The position numbers were made by a program, and so were the translations under genes. Positions 52,787-62,072 of a stretch of 64,000 nucleotides of DNA are shown piece by piece (position 1 is the stretch's first letter; every line of letters begins with the position of its first letter). This DNA comes from Planctomycetota bacterium (GTDB lineage Bacteria > Planctomycetota > UBA1135 > JACQFD01): positions 8,038 through 72,037 of the forward strand of contig JBJXHE010000017.1 in NCBI GenBank assembly GCA_046160785.1. The letters are read 5' to 3'. The notes beneath the pieces are model-generated. The model was given only the letters and a program-made list of their open reading frames with translations, did not search any database and was not told the origin of the DNA.

Positions 52787-53869
52787 TTATCGGCGAACGC
52801 CCCGGCGCAACCGGAATATAAATGCCAAAACTTCCGCGACGGCTTTATACAAATCCATCGGGATCGCGATTCCAACTTCGGCGGATTTGTAAAGTGCGCG
52901 CGCGAGCGGGGGATTTTCAACAATCGGGACGCCCGCTTCCGTTGCGATTTCGCGAATTTTCTTAGCTATCAAATCCTGGCCTTTCGCAACGACGATCGGC
53001 GCGTCGTCCGCGGGTTCGAGCCCGCCCGGCCTTCTGTAACGAAGCGCGACGGCGAAGTGCGTTGGATTTGTTATAACTACAGTTGCGGTTGGAACGTCGG
53101 CGAGCATTTTCCGCTGCGCCGCGGCGCGTTGCGCTTTCCGGATGCGCGCTTTAATCGCGGGGTCGCCCTGCGCTTGTTTATTTTCATCTTTTACTTCTTC
53201 TTTAGTCATGCGCATGTCGCGGCTGAACTGCCAGCGTTGATACAAAAAATCGAGCCCGCCGACGAGCAGCGTTGCCATCGCGATTCTAAATAATAATGAA
53301 AACGCGAGCGACGCGCCGGTTCCAAAACTTGCGCGCAGCGGCGCGCGCCCGAGCGTTAGCATCTGTCCTATCAAATCACCGCTCGCCGCATATACAATTC
53401 CAATAATGAACGCTAATTTCAAAAGTGCGGTTGAAAGCTGCACCAGCGACCGCGGCGAGAAGAGGCGCTTCATGCCAGTCGCCGGATCCATGCGCTCAAA
53501 CTTTAAATCTAACGTTTCCGTGCGCAGCCGGAAGCCCACTTGAAGATATGCAATAATCGCAGCGGAGCCGACCAGCCCCGCAAGCATCGGAAGCGCCGCG
53601 GGAGCGATTCGATTTGCGATTTGTACTAAATGACTACTGATCATGCTGAGGTCGACGTCGCCGCGCGGCACGCCCGCGAGAGTGTCGCGCAGGAAGTCTT
53701 GTAATACTAAGAATATCGGAGCTCCGGAAAGTCCGACAAGCCCGAGCCCGATCAATAACAAAACGGATTGTGATAATTCGGAACTGTATGCAACTTGCCC
53801 TTTGTTGGCCGCATCATCGAGCCGTTTGCCAGAGGCCTCCTCGGTACGTTGATCTTGATCGCCTGCCAT
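52787..53869 (-). CDS. flhB: Flagellar export switch protein FlhB
   Basis: The N-terminus reads QDQRTEEASGKRLDDAANKGQV. The NPTH autocleavage site is present (VVITNPTHFAVAL). Confidence 0.95.
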   Translation of the reverse strand: MAGDQDQRTEEASGKRLDDAANKGQVAYSSELSQSVLLLIGLGLVGLSGAPIFLVLQDFLRDTLAGVPRGDVDLSMISSHLVQIANRIAPAALPMLAGLVGSAAIIAYLQVGFRLRTETLDLKFERMDPATGMKRLFSPRSLVQLSTALLKLAFIIGIVYAASGDLIGQMLTLGRAPLRASFGTGASLAFSLLFRIAMATLLVGGLDFLYQRWQFSRDMRMTKEEVKDENKQAQGDPAIKARIRKAQRAAAQRKMLADVPTATVVITNPTHFAVALRYRRPGGLEPADDAPIVVAKGQDLIAKKIREIATEAGVPIVENPPLARALYKSAEVGIAIPMDLYKAVAEVLAFIFRLRRGVRR

Positions 53870-53896
53870 TGAATTATTATATTATCAACAAAAATA

Positions 53897-54682
53897 TTAT
53901 TGAATGCCCGGCAATGCTTCAAAAAGCGCGCTTCGCATCAATTCAAATAACGATTCGAGCCCGATGCGCAGCGCCGGTAACAATAACGCAAGTGCGCCGA
54001 GTGCCGCGGCGACTCGGAGCGCGTAGCCCGAGTCGAGAATGTTTAATTGTGGAACCGCGCGCGAAACGACTCCCAACAGAACTGTTACAACAAACATTGC
54101 AATCATAATCGGCGCAGCGAGCGCAACGCCCGCCTCGATGAATCGCGTTAATATTTGTATTAGTCCCGCGATCGGATCGGGCCCGAAATCAAATGTTCCG
54201 ACGGGAATCTTATGAAATGAATGGGCGAGGCCGGCGACGATCCACTCGTGCGCGCCAAGTGTAATAAAAATGAGCCCCGCGATGGTTTGATAAAGAGTTG
54301 TTATAACCGGCGAACTCGTTCCGCTGACCGGGTCGAGCGTCGCCGAAAGGTTAAGACCCATTTCTGTTGTAACTAATTCGCCGGCGACGCGCACGCCCGC
54401 GAAGGCGCATGCAATGATCCACCCGAGCAGCGCTCCTACTAAAAACTCGCGCGCGACGAATGGTATGATTGCCAATCCTAACGATGGGCCCGTCCACTCG
54501 GGCGCCTTCACCGCGGGCATTAATACTATTGTGATCGCCACGCCGAGCGCCATTTTGTAGCGATTGAATCCGCCCGAGCCCGTGAAGAGCGGCGCCGTGG
54601 AAATGAGGGCGAGCACGCGTGTTAAGAATAACACGGCGTATTCAATCTTGACGGGAAATATATAAGTTAAAAATTCGTACAC
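53897..54682 (-). CDS. fliR: Flagellar export gate protein FliR
   Basis: The 261-aa polytopic protein sits between fliQ and flhB. Confidence 0.9.
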   Translation of the reverse strand: MYEFLTYIFPVKIEYAVLFLTRVLALISTAPLFTGSGGFNRYKMALGVAITIVLMPAVKAPEWTGPSLGLAIIPFVAREFLVGALLGWIIACAFAGVRVAGELVTTEMGLNLSATLDPVSGTSSPVITTLYQTIAGLIFITLGAHEWIVAGLAHSFHKIPVGTFDFGPDPIAGLIQILTRFIEAGVALAAPIMIAMFVVTVLLGVVSRAVPQLNILDSGYALRVAAALGALALLLPALRIGLESLFELMRSALFEALPGIQ

Positions 54683-54700
54683 GGATTTCGCTTCGATTGA

Positions 54701-54976
54701 TTATTTTACAGATGCGTAGCGCGGCAGCTCCCGAAGCAGGTGGGCCGTATAATTAACAACCTTTCCCATGCCCCACGGAAATACGAGCAACGTCACTGCG
54801 AGCACCGCGATCATTTTCGGAACGCTCGCGAGCGTTTGTTCATGAACGGCGGTGACGGTTTGCAGGATTGCTACAATTAAGCCGACGACGAGCGCGGTCG
54901 CGAGCATGGGTAGACTTACCAATAACGCGAGAATGAGAAGTTCGCGGCCGAGGTCGAGAACGAGCGTTGAATTCAT
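54701..54976 (-). CDS. fliQ: Flagellar export gate protein FliQ
   Basis: The 91-aa protein has two TM helices and a typical FliQ sequence (LLVGLIVAILQTVTAVHEQTL). Confidence 0.9.
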   Translation of the reverse strand: MNSTLVLDLGRELLILALLVSLPMLATALVVGLIVAILQTVTAVHEQTLASVPKMIAVLAVTLLVFPWGMGKVVNYTAHLLRELPRYASVK

Positions 54977-55006
54977 CAGATTAATTATGTTATACTTGTG
55001 GTTTAT

Positions 55007-55717
55007 TTATACTTGAACCGATTCGACGAGGGAGCGAATGACGAGATTCCATCCGTCGACGAGAACAAATAACAATACTTTGAGCGGCGTCGAGATCATC
55101 GTCGGCGGCAACATAAACATTCCCATGGATAGCAATACCGCTGAGACGACGAGGTCGATTAGAATAAACGGCAGGAAAATTAAGAATCCCATCGTGAACG
55201 CCGTCTTGATTTCGCTCATTAAGAACGCGGGAACTACAATTCGAAGTTCGAGGTCTTGTTTATTATTAGGCTTTGCTGTTCCGGAAATATCAACAAAAAG
55301 CTGCAGATCCGAGTCGCGCGTATGGTGCAGCAGAAATCCTTTAATAATCGTGCTGCCTTCCATGCCCGCTTCCTTGAGCGAGACCTTCCCTTCCGAATAC
55401 GGCACGATCGCTTTATCATAAACCTGCGACGCCGTCGGATACATAATAAATAATGTTAAGAATAGCGACAGCCCCATGAGCACTTGATTCGGCGGCAATT
55501 CTTGAATCGCGATGGCGCGGCGCACGAACGAAAGAACAATGATGATTCTCGTAAAGCATGTAACAGATACGAGAATTGCCGGCAGCAGCGAAAGTAATGT
55601 TAATACGGCCGCCATCTCGAGCGGCGCGGGAAGCCGTCCGGGCTGGGCGAGCGCATCGCCGGCTTTTGCCATCGCGTCGACAGCGGGGTTTTGTAAAATG
55701 CTCAATAACGCAATCAT
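55007..55717 (-). CDS. fliP: Flagellar export gate protein FliP
   Basis: The sequence shows conserved FliP motifs (FTRIIIVLSFVRRAIAIQELPPNQVLMGLSLFLTLFIM; PFILIDLVV). Confidence 0.95.
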   Translation of the reverse strand: MIALLSILQNPAVDAMAKAGDALAQPGRLPAPLEMAAVLTLLSLLPAILVSVTCFTRIIIVLSFVRRAIAIQELPPNQVLMGLSLFLTLFIMYPTASQVYDKAIVPYSEGKVSLKEAGMEGSTIIKGFLLHHTRDSDLQLFVDISGTAKPNNKQDLELRIVVPAFLMSEIKTAFTMGFLIFLPFILIDLVVSAVLLSMGMFMLPPTMISTPLKVLLFVLVDGWNLVIRSLVESVQV

Positions 55718-56469
55718 TACAATAAGTCCTCGTCAACGCTCGCGCCCACTGTTACATTTAGTCTTGCATTCTCCATTTCTTGCAATTCCGCGATCGTGCG
55801 CCGCGGCGCCGGCTGCGTTCTGCGGGGCATCGCGGAAATCTCAACGTCGCGATCTGTATCATTTGTTAACGGACGCGATCCCGCATCGGCAGACGGAGCC
55901 GCGCGCGGCTTCGATCGTTGCAAGAGATTATTGATAAGTCCGCGAAACGCGGGAACCGCGTCGCGGCGGCCATCATGATTCAATTCCAATTCGCGCGCCG
56001 CGATTTCGGCGGGAGCGAGCCCGGCTTCTTCTTCCTTGAGTTCTGTAATAAACGACACGGGGCCTTCGCCGATCCCGAGCACGACGACGCGGTCGTAAAT
56101 GCGCGCGACGGCAATCGACTTCTTGTTGCCAAGATTTAATACATCAATAACTTCGAGCCGTTTTTTTTGTCCGCGTTTGCGGAACGATAACGTTTTTGTA
56201 TGTTTAATGATCCACAGCGACGCGAACCCCGTCGCGGCGATTCCTAAGATTGCGATTCCTAACTTTGCGAGCGCTTCTTCATCGGCCGTCGCCGCTTTGC
56301 TTATGGTTTCATGAGTCTTTGCCTCGTTGGAAGAAACTACAATTTTCGCCGGCCGCGTCGCGCCGCCGTTGGCGTTCGTCGGGAATAGTAGTGGTGTTGC
56401 TAAGATTGCGGCGAGCACGCCGACGAGGGCGATGGCGATCGGAATGAAGCGATTCGAGAGCTTGTTCAC
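55717..56469 (-). CDS. fliO: FliO-like protein (long form)
   Basis: It starts at GTG and has one N-terminal and one central TM helix. A FliO-like core reads LEVIDVLNLGNKKSIAVARIYDRVVVLGIGEGPVSFITEL. It lies directly upstream of fliP with a 1-nt overlap. Confidence 0.6.
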   Translation of the reverse strand: MNKLSNRFIPIAIALVGVLAAILATPLLFPTNANGGATRPAKIVVSSNEAKTHETISKAATADEEALAKLGIAILGIAATGFASLWIIKHTKTLSFRKRGQKKRLEVIDVLNLGNKKSIAVARIYDRVVVLGIGEGPVSFITELKEEEAGLAPAEIAARELELNHDGRRDAVPAFRGLINNLLQRSKPRAAPSADAGSRPLTNDTDRDVEISAMPRRTQPAPRRTIAELQEMENARLNVTVGASVDEDLL

Positions 56470-56630
56470 AACCGAATTGGACGCACGCGCGTTGCCACGC
56501 TCGAATCGCGAGAGGCCAGACGTTTACGTATTTCCCGACTGTCGCAGCCTGCAACACTCATCGCGAATCGCGACAGTTCCGGCGCCGCGTTTGTGCCGGA
56601 CGCGCGCGGCCTGTATACAACAACACAATC

Positions 56631-57608
56631 ATGATCATCGTTACCGGCGCCGCAGGATTTATTGGTAGTGTTGTCGTCCGCGAACTCAACGCCGGCGGCT
56701 CATTGGATTTGTTAGTTTCCGACCGGCTCTCTGTCGCGGAGAAATGGAGAAACCTCCTCGGCAAGCATTATTTAGAATATATCGATCACGAAGATTTGTT
56801 AATGCGTCTTGAGAACGGCGATCTGAAGAATGCTAAGATTAGCGCAATCGTACATATCGGCGCGCGCACGGACACGACGGAGCGCGACTCGGCGTTGCTC
56901 ATGAAACTGAATTACGATTATACAATTCGTATTTGTAAATGGGCGTTGCAGAAAGGCGTTCGATTTATTTATGCATCGTCGGCGGCGGTGTACGGCGACG
57001 GGTCTCTCGGTTTTTCCGACGCGGACTCTCTCACGCCGAAGCTGCAGCCGCTCAACGCGTACGCGTTCACGAAATGGTTATTTGATAATTGGGCGATCAC
57101 AAACGGCGTTGCTAAAGATATTGCCGGCCTGCGCTTCTTTAACGTTTACGGGCCGAACGAATATCATAAAGGACGCATGGCGAGCGTCGTATTTAATGCC
57201 TTTCCGCGGGCGGTGAAGGAAGGAACCGTACAACTATTTGAATCCGACCGTTCCGAAATTCCGCACGGCGACCAGAAGCGCGATTTTGTTTACGTCCGCG
57301 ACGTGGCGCAAATTATTAAGTTCTTCTTAAAGAATGATAAACAAAACGGAATCTTTAACGTTGGCAGCGGCGCCGCGCGCACGTTTAACGATCTCGCGAG
57401 CGCGCTGCTCCAGTCGTGCGAGCGGCCGGTCTCCGGTATTCGATATATTCCGATGCCGGCCGACCTGAAAGGTAAATATCAATATTTTACGGAGGCCGAC
57501 CTTTCCCGCCTGCGCGCGGCTGGTTTTCAAGAGAAGACGACGGCGCTCGAAGCGGGAATCGGAGAATATGTTAAAAACTACCTTCGTAAGGATTGGGAGC
57601 GAATGTAG
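56631..57608 (+). CDS. hldD: ADP-L-glycero-D-manno-heptose 6-epimerase
   Basis: MIIVTGAAGFIGSVVVRELN and the catalytic YAFTKWLFD (YxxxK) are present. The 325-aa protein resembles HldD/RfaD along its whole length. Confidence 0.85.
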   Translation: MIIVTGAAGFIGSVVVRELNAGGSLDLLVSDRLSVAEKWRNLLGKHYLEYIDHEDLLMRLENGDLKNAKISAIVHIGARTDTTERDSALLMKLNYDYTIRICKWALQKGVRFIYASSAAVYGDGSLGFSDADSLTPKLQPLNAYAFTKWLFDNWAITNGVAKDIAGLRFFNVYGPNEYHKGRMASVVFNAFPRAVKEGTVQLFESDRSEIPHGDQKRDFVYVRDVAQIIKFFLKNDKQNGIFNVGSGAARTFNDLASALLQSCERPVSGIRYIPMPADLKGKYQYFTEADLSRLRAAGFQEKTTALEAGIGEYVKNYLRKDWERM

Positions 57609-57660
57609 CCGTTTTTAGCAAAAGCGTATTATTAGTAAATATAAAGAAGGAGCCGTTTGA

Positions 57661-59814
57661 ATGGAAACGCCGCCCAAGCCCGCCGTCTTTTGGAAACATA
57701 TCCTTTTCGCGGAAGAAACGCCGCTCACACCCGCCGGATGGCTCGGAAACCAGCCGGCCGCATCATTATCAAAAGCGATCGAGGCTGTCGCGGCGCGACG
57801 CAAAGTTAAAGAATCCCGCGACGCTGTTTTCTTAGTGATTCGATCCGGAACGGCTGCCGAAGCGCAGTGGTGGATTTATGAATTTGTCGAGGACCGAATC
57901 CTAGATGTAGCGATCGGCGACATTGCGATTCACGACCTTCCGCTCGCGGCCGACCCCGATGCGCCGCAAACGTATCTCATCGACGCGTTTGGCGCCGTTG
58001 GAAAGTTAGTTATCGAAAATGCACAGTTCGCAATTCGGAAAATGGCGATCCGCGCAGACGCCGGGAGCGCTGCCGCAATACTTCAATTAGAAGAACCCGC
58101 GGTCGCGCGCGCGGTCGTCGACGGATTTGTAGTTCCGCGCGAAATGTCAAATCACGCCCAGAATATTCGTTGGACGCCAAAATATGCATTTAAGCCCGGC
58201 GCTTCTCTCGCAACGTTAGCGAACGGACTCGCGTGGATGTCTGCAAATCTCCCAAAGGATATAAACATTCGCGCGGTGGGATCGCGGCACTCGTGGTCGC
58301 CGATCGCGCGCTGCGACGGCGTCACGGTTCTTCCCGGCGGTTGGACGGGAATATCACAATTGAACGCGGCCGGCGTTGCGCCAAATATAACAGATCCGGA
58401 TAGTTTATTTCGCGTTCTCGCGGGCGTCCGTATTCGAGAATTGAATTCTGGATTGCAACGATTCGGGCGGGCGATTCCGTATCTCGGCGGTTTCGATGGA
58501 CAAACAATCGGCGGCGTGCTGCCGACGGGCACGCACGGGTCCGTTCTCGCGCACGGCCCGCTCGCCGATCTGATTCGTAGTATCGATTTAGTTTGTTTTG
58601 ATGGCCAAATACTACGAATCGAGCCTGCGCGCGAGCCGGTCACAAATGTAAATATTCTTCCGCCGTTAATTGCAAATGAAAAAGTAAAAATAACACTTCG
58701 ACTCGACGACGATCTGTTCGACGCGGTGCGCGTGGGGCTTGGCGCATTCGGAGTGATTCATTCACTCGTGATCAAGACGGTTCCGAAGTTTTGGTTAAAA
58801 GAGGTTCGGACCGTCGCATTGTTTTCAGATATATCCAATCGGCTCGCCGGCGAAAATATATCCAATGTATTTGAAACAAAAGAAACCGTGCTCGCGAAAG
58901 CGGAGAATCCTGCGCTGCCGGTTGTCGCTGCGCCCGGCGGGCTCGGGTTCGACGGGCATCCGAAGCGCGCGTTTCATTTTGAACTTCTCTGGAATCCTTA
59001 TACTGGAAAAACGCTTATAACAACTCGCCACTGGGTCGACGAACCTATACGAAAGGAACTCGAGAAACGGGAGCCGCGCTTTTTTGATAATCCACCGATT
59101 CGTAATATTTTTCGAATACTCGGACTCGACCCGATGCCCGACGAATTCAGCCGCCCGGACGCCGTTGAAATATTAACAGAACACGCAGGTCCGGCCTCGA
59201 TTGGGCTCGTCGAACAGATCGCGAAAGACAATCCGGGCGCAATGATAAAATTAATCGACACGGCGATCGACGGTCTCGCCGACCGGAAAGGATATATTCA
59301 ACGAAGTTATAATGTATTTAATATTGGAAAGGCCGCGAATCTGCTGCCGTCGCTGTCGGCGACCATTTCCGTTCCGCTCAAAAACGATCTTTGGCTTCGC
59401 GCCGCGGAATTGATGGCATCCGTTGTGAATGAAAAACTAAGAAGCGGCCTCGTGCTCACGGCGCCAACCTCTCTGCGTTTTGTTAGAGAATCGAATGCGT
59501 GGATGGCCGATCCCGCGGACGTTTGCAAATTTGAAATTATCTTCGGAGGCAATAGTAAATTTTTGCAAACAACGTCGAACGAACTCGTGGGCGCGATCTA
59601 TCACGCGCTCTGCGGCGCGCTCGGAATTGATCATATTCGCTTTCATTGGGGCCAGCTCATTCCGAACGGTACGCTCGACGTGGCCGGCATTAATAATAAA
59701 CGGCCGGTGCCGGCGGCGTTTCCTAATTATATCAAATGGAGAAAGTTGCGCGACGAGCTCGATCCCGATCATCGCGGCATGACACCGTGGCTCGAATCCA
59801 TCCTTCCGAAATAA
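57661..59814 (+). CDS. FAD-linked oxidase (sugar-1,4-lactone oxidase / VAO-like) with an N-terminal extension
   Basis: The FAD-binding PCMH-type region reads IRAVGSRHSWSP ... GQTIGGVLPTGTHGS. The C-terminal ALO-like part ends IRFHWGQ. The first ~170 aa carry no recognisable motif. Confidence 0.7.
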   Translation: METPPKPAVFWKHILFAEETPLTPAGWLGNQPAASLSKAIEAVAARRKVKESRDAVFLVIRSGTAAEAQWWIYEFVEDRILDVAIGDIAIHDLPLAADPDAPQTYLIDAFGAVGKLVIENAQFAIRKMAIRADAGSAAAILQLEEPAVARAVVDGFVVPREMSNHAQNIRWTPKYAFKPGASLATLANGLAWMSANLPKDINIRAVGSRHSWSPIARCDGVTVLPGGWTGISQLNAAGVAPNITDPDSLFRVLAGVRIRELNSGLQRFGRAIPYLGGFDGQTIGGVLPTGTHGSVLAHGPLADLIRSIDLVCFDGQILRIEPAREPVTNVNILPPLIANEKVKITLRLDDDLFDAVRVGLGAFGVIHSLVIKTVPKFWLKEVRTVALFSDISNRLAGENISNVFETKETVLAKAENPALPVVAAPGGLGFDGHPKRAFHFELLWNPYTGKTLITTRHWVDEPIRKELEKREPRFFDNPPIRNIFRILGLDPMPDEFSRPDAVEILTEHAGPASIGLVEQIAKDNPGAMIKLIDTAIDGLADRKGYIQRSYNVFNIGKAANLLPSLSATISVPLKNDLWLRAAELMASVVNEKLRSGLVLTAPTSLRFVRESNAWMADPADVCKFEIIFGGNSKFLQTTSNELVGAIYHALCGALGIDHIRFHWGQLIPNGTLDVAGINNKRPVPAAFPNYIKWRKLRDELDPDHRGMTPWLESILPK

Positions 59815-60002
59815 ACCAACTTTTCGCAAACGATAAAAACTTCAAAAACAAACTGTTGAATATCAACTTCACAAATAGCAATATCAGGATCATTCGCAAG
59901 CGGAACGAATCCGCGGCTGGCTGGCAGTGTGCTACTATTCCGTGCTGTATAATCCGTGCACAGTAGATTCATATTTATAACAATAGGAACAATAGGTGAC
60001 CC

Positions 60003-62039
60003 GTGAAGTTACTATCGATGCCGCGCGCCTTTGACGAAATCGCGACGCGTTACATTGCGTTTCTCGCGGCGCTCCTCGCCGTATTCTTAGGAACCTCGCT
60101 TGCGTGCCACGAGATGGGAATGCGCGGAATCCCGTCGATGCGAGACTTTTTTATTATTCGCGGAGTTGGAAGTCTCGAGAACGCCGTCGGATTTATTCCG
60201 GGCCTCGTCGCGATGTTTTTATTGTTGGTTGCCGCGACAGCCGCTTTGGTAACGAATGCATCATTCAAATCATTTGCAATTCGCGCGTTTGAATCGATCG
60301 TCGCCGGATTTTTACTATCCGTAATGTTAGGAACGATCCGCGACAACGAAGGCGGCACGATTGGTTATTTTCTGGGAAGCCGGCTCGCCGCAACGATGTC
60401 GACGCCGATCGCCGTCTCGCTTTGCGCGGTGACGTCGCTGCTCGCGTTATGGTTAGTATTCGAAGGAAATCTTCGCGATCTCGCGAGCGTCGAGATAAGT
60501 AAAAAGGCTCCGCGCCCGGCTCCGGCCCCGGCTTTTGAAATACAACGGGAAATACAACATTCAATACAACAGACAACACAACAAAAGGAAGAACCCGCCG
60601 ATTCGAAGAATGTTGCATTTGACCTTTCTGTAGCAAAGGCCGTGGAAGCGAATCCACCGGTTCATGAAAAAATCACAATTGCGCCGCAGGTCTCCGAGTT
60701 CCAGCCAGTCGATCTTGCGGATCTAAATGACCCTCTTGTCCGCGTTCGCCCCCGCAAGAGTGTGGTGCCCGTTGAAGGATCCCCGCGGCGGCGTGTCCCC
60801 GAACCCGCTCGCGAGCCGTATCCCGTTTCAGACCCAGACTCAGACTCACATCAAATTCACAATTCTGCCGAAGGAACAGAACCTAAGCTTGATGTTGATG
60901 CGTCAAATGGCGTATTAAATATTGTCGGCGACGCGCCTCCCTCGTTCGCCCAACCGACGATTCATCAAGAGCTAACGGCTGCAGGTGTCCCCGAATCCTC
61001 GCAATCGCAAACTCTAGAATTAGAATTAGTAAATTACGTCCCAACGGTTGGGTTTATTAATAATGAGACAAAACAAGATGAAATCTATGAAAGCGTTGAC
61101 GCCGATCGAGGTCCATTGTTTGACGAGTTCGGACGGATTCGAACTCTGGAACAACACGTGGAACCTCCCGTCGAAATGGTTGGACCGGCCGAAGCCGGCG
61201 AAGGCCCGGCAGGACTGTCTGCCCTCTCCGCAACCGTTATCGAATACGACAATTATTCCCGTAGCGAAGCCAAACCCGCGAAAGAAGCAGGACACGAAGA
61301 AGCGAACGGCGACTCGCGGCGAACGTTAAGTCTTTCCCGATTAAAGGGGCCGCAATATCAAGAAACGGAATTGATAGATTGGGATCTTCCGCGAACGATT
61401 CCCGACGCGCCGGCGCCGAAAGCGAAAACACCCCAGCTCGAATTGTTTGATACCGGATTTGATACAACAGAATCGGGAATTGCGGCGACGGTCATAGCTC
61501 CCGCCGTGGAAGAGCTGTCCGTCGATAAAACGGCCGTGAATGTTAGTGAAGCCGCTCCCGCCGAAACGAAGAAACGCGGACGGCGCAAGCAGCAAAATAA
61601 AGAATCGGAAGCCGCGCCTCATGTTACAGAAAATATTTCAGAGAGCGTTCCAGCAGTTGTTTCAGACAGCGTTGCAGCGAGTGCGATCGTTAGTGATCTG
61701 CCGGATGTTAAGATTGAGGCGCCCGTTGAAATTGTTGCCGTAGCCGTGCCTGCAGCCGCGATCGTTCCACCTTCTGAACAGCCGGCCGCGCAAACATCAA
61801 CTGGACAGGCAACATCTGAACAATCGCCCGACCTGTTCCTCGATCGCGCCGCGCGCGTTGTGATTTCGCAGGGCCGCGCATCGATATCATTTCTCCAACG
61901 AAAACTGAGTATTTCACTCGGAGACGCGCAGCACATCATGGCCGCGCTCGAAGCGGCGGGTGTCGTCGGACCCTACCGGGGCACTCCGTCGAGAGATATT
62001 CTAATCGATCTTGCAGAGTGGGACGCTCGCCGATTGTAA
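60003..62039 (+). CDS. FtsK-like protein with 4TM N-domain and gamma (winged-helix) C-domain but no motor ATPase
   Basis: The start is GTG. Four TM segments include NEGGTIGYFLGSRL (FtsK_4TM-like). A ~400-aa acidic/Pro-rich linker follows. The C-terminus LFLDRAARVVISQGRASISFLQRKLSISLGDAQHIMAALEAAGVVGP aligns by eye to FtsK-gamma. I saw no Walker A motif. Confidence 0.65.
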   Translation: MKLLSMPRAFDEIATRYIAFLAALLAVFLGTSLACHEMGMRGIPSMRDFFIIRGVGSLENAVGFIPGLVAMFLLLVAATAALVTNASFKSFAIRAFESIVAGFLLSVMLGTIRDNEGGTIGYFLGSRLAATMSTPIAVSLCAVTSLLALWLVFEGNLRDLASVEISKKAPRPAPAPAFEIQREIQHSIQQTTQQKEEPADSKNVAFDLSVAKAVEANPPVHEKITIAPQVSEFQPVDLADLNDPLVRVRPRKSVVPVEGSPRRRVPEPAREPYPVSDPDSDSHQIHNSAEGTEPKLDVDASNGVLNIVGDAPPSFAQPTIHQELTAAGVPESSQSQTLELELVNYVPTVGFINNETKQDEIYESVDADRGPLFDEFGRIRTLEQHVEPPVEMVGPAEAGEGPAGLSALSATVIEYDNYSRSEAKPAKEAGHEEANGDSRRTLSLSRLKGPQYQETELIDWDLPRTIPDAPAPKAKTPQLELFDTGFDTTESGIAATVIAPAVEELSVDKTAVNVSEAAPAETKKRGRRKQQNKESEAAPHVTENISESVPAVVSDSVAASAIVSDLPDVKIEAPVEIVAVAVPAAAIVPPSEQPAAQTSTGQATSEQSPDLFLDRAARVVISQGRASISFLQRKLSISLGDAQHIMAALEAAGVVGPYRGTPSRDILIDLAEWDARRL

Positions 62040-62072
62040 CATTTAATTGTTAACGGCGGGGTCTCTCCCCAC

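Noticed and set aside
56483-56497. A sigma-54-like element TGGCAA-N5-GTGC (GG-N10-GC spacing) upstream of fliO
   Set aside because: - The predicted transcription start would fall practically on the fliO GTG start codon, which lies 13 nt after the -12 element. That leaves no leader.
- The -12 element is imperfect.
- No enhancer-binding protein gene is in the window.
- This is likely a chance match in GC-rich DNA.
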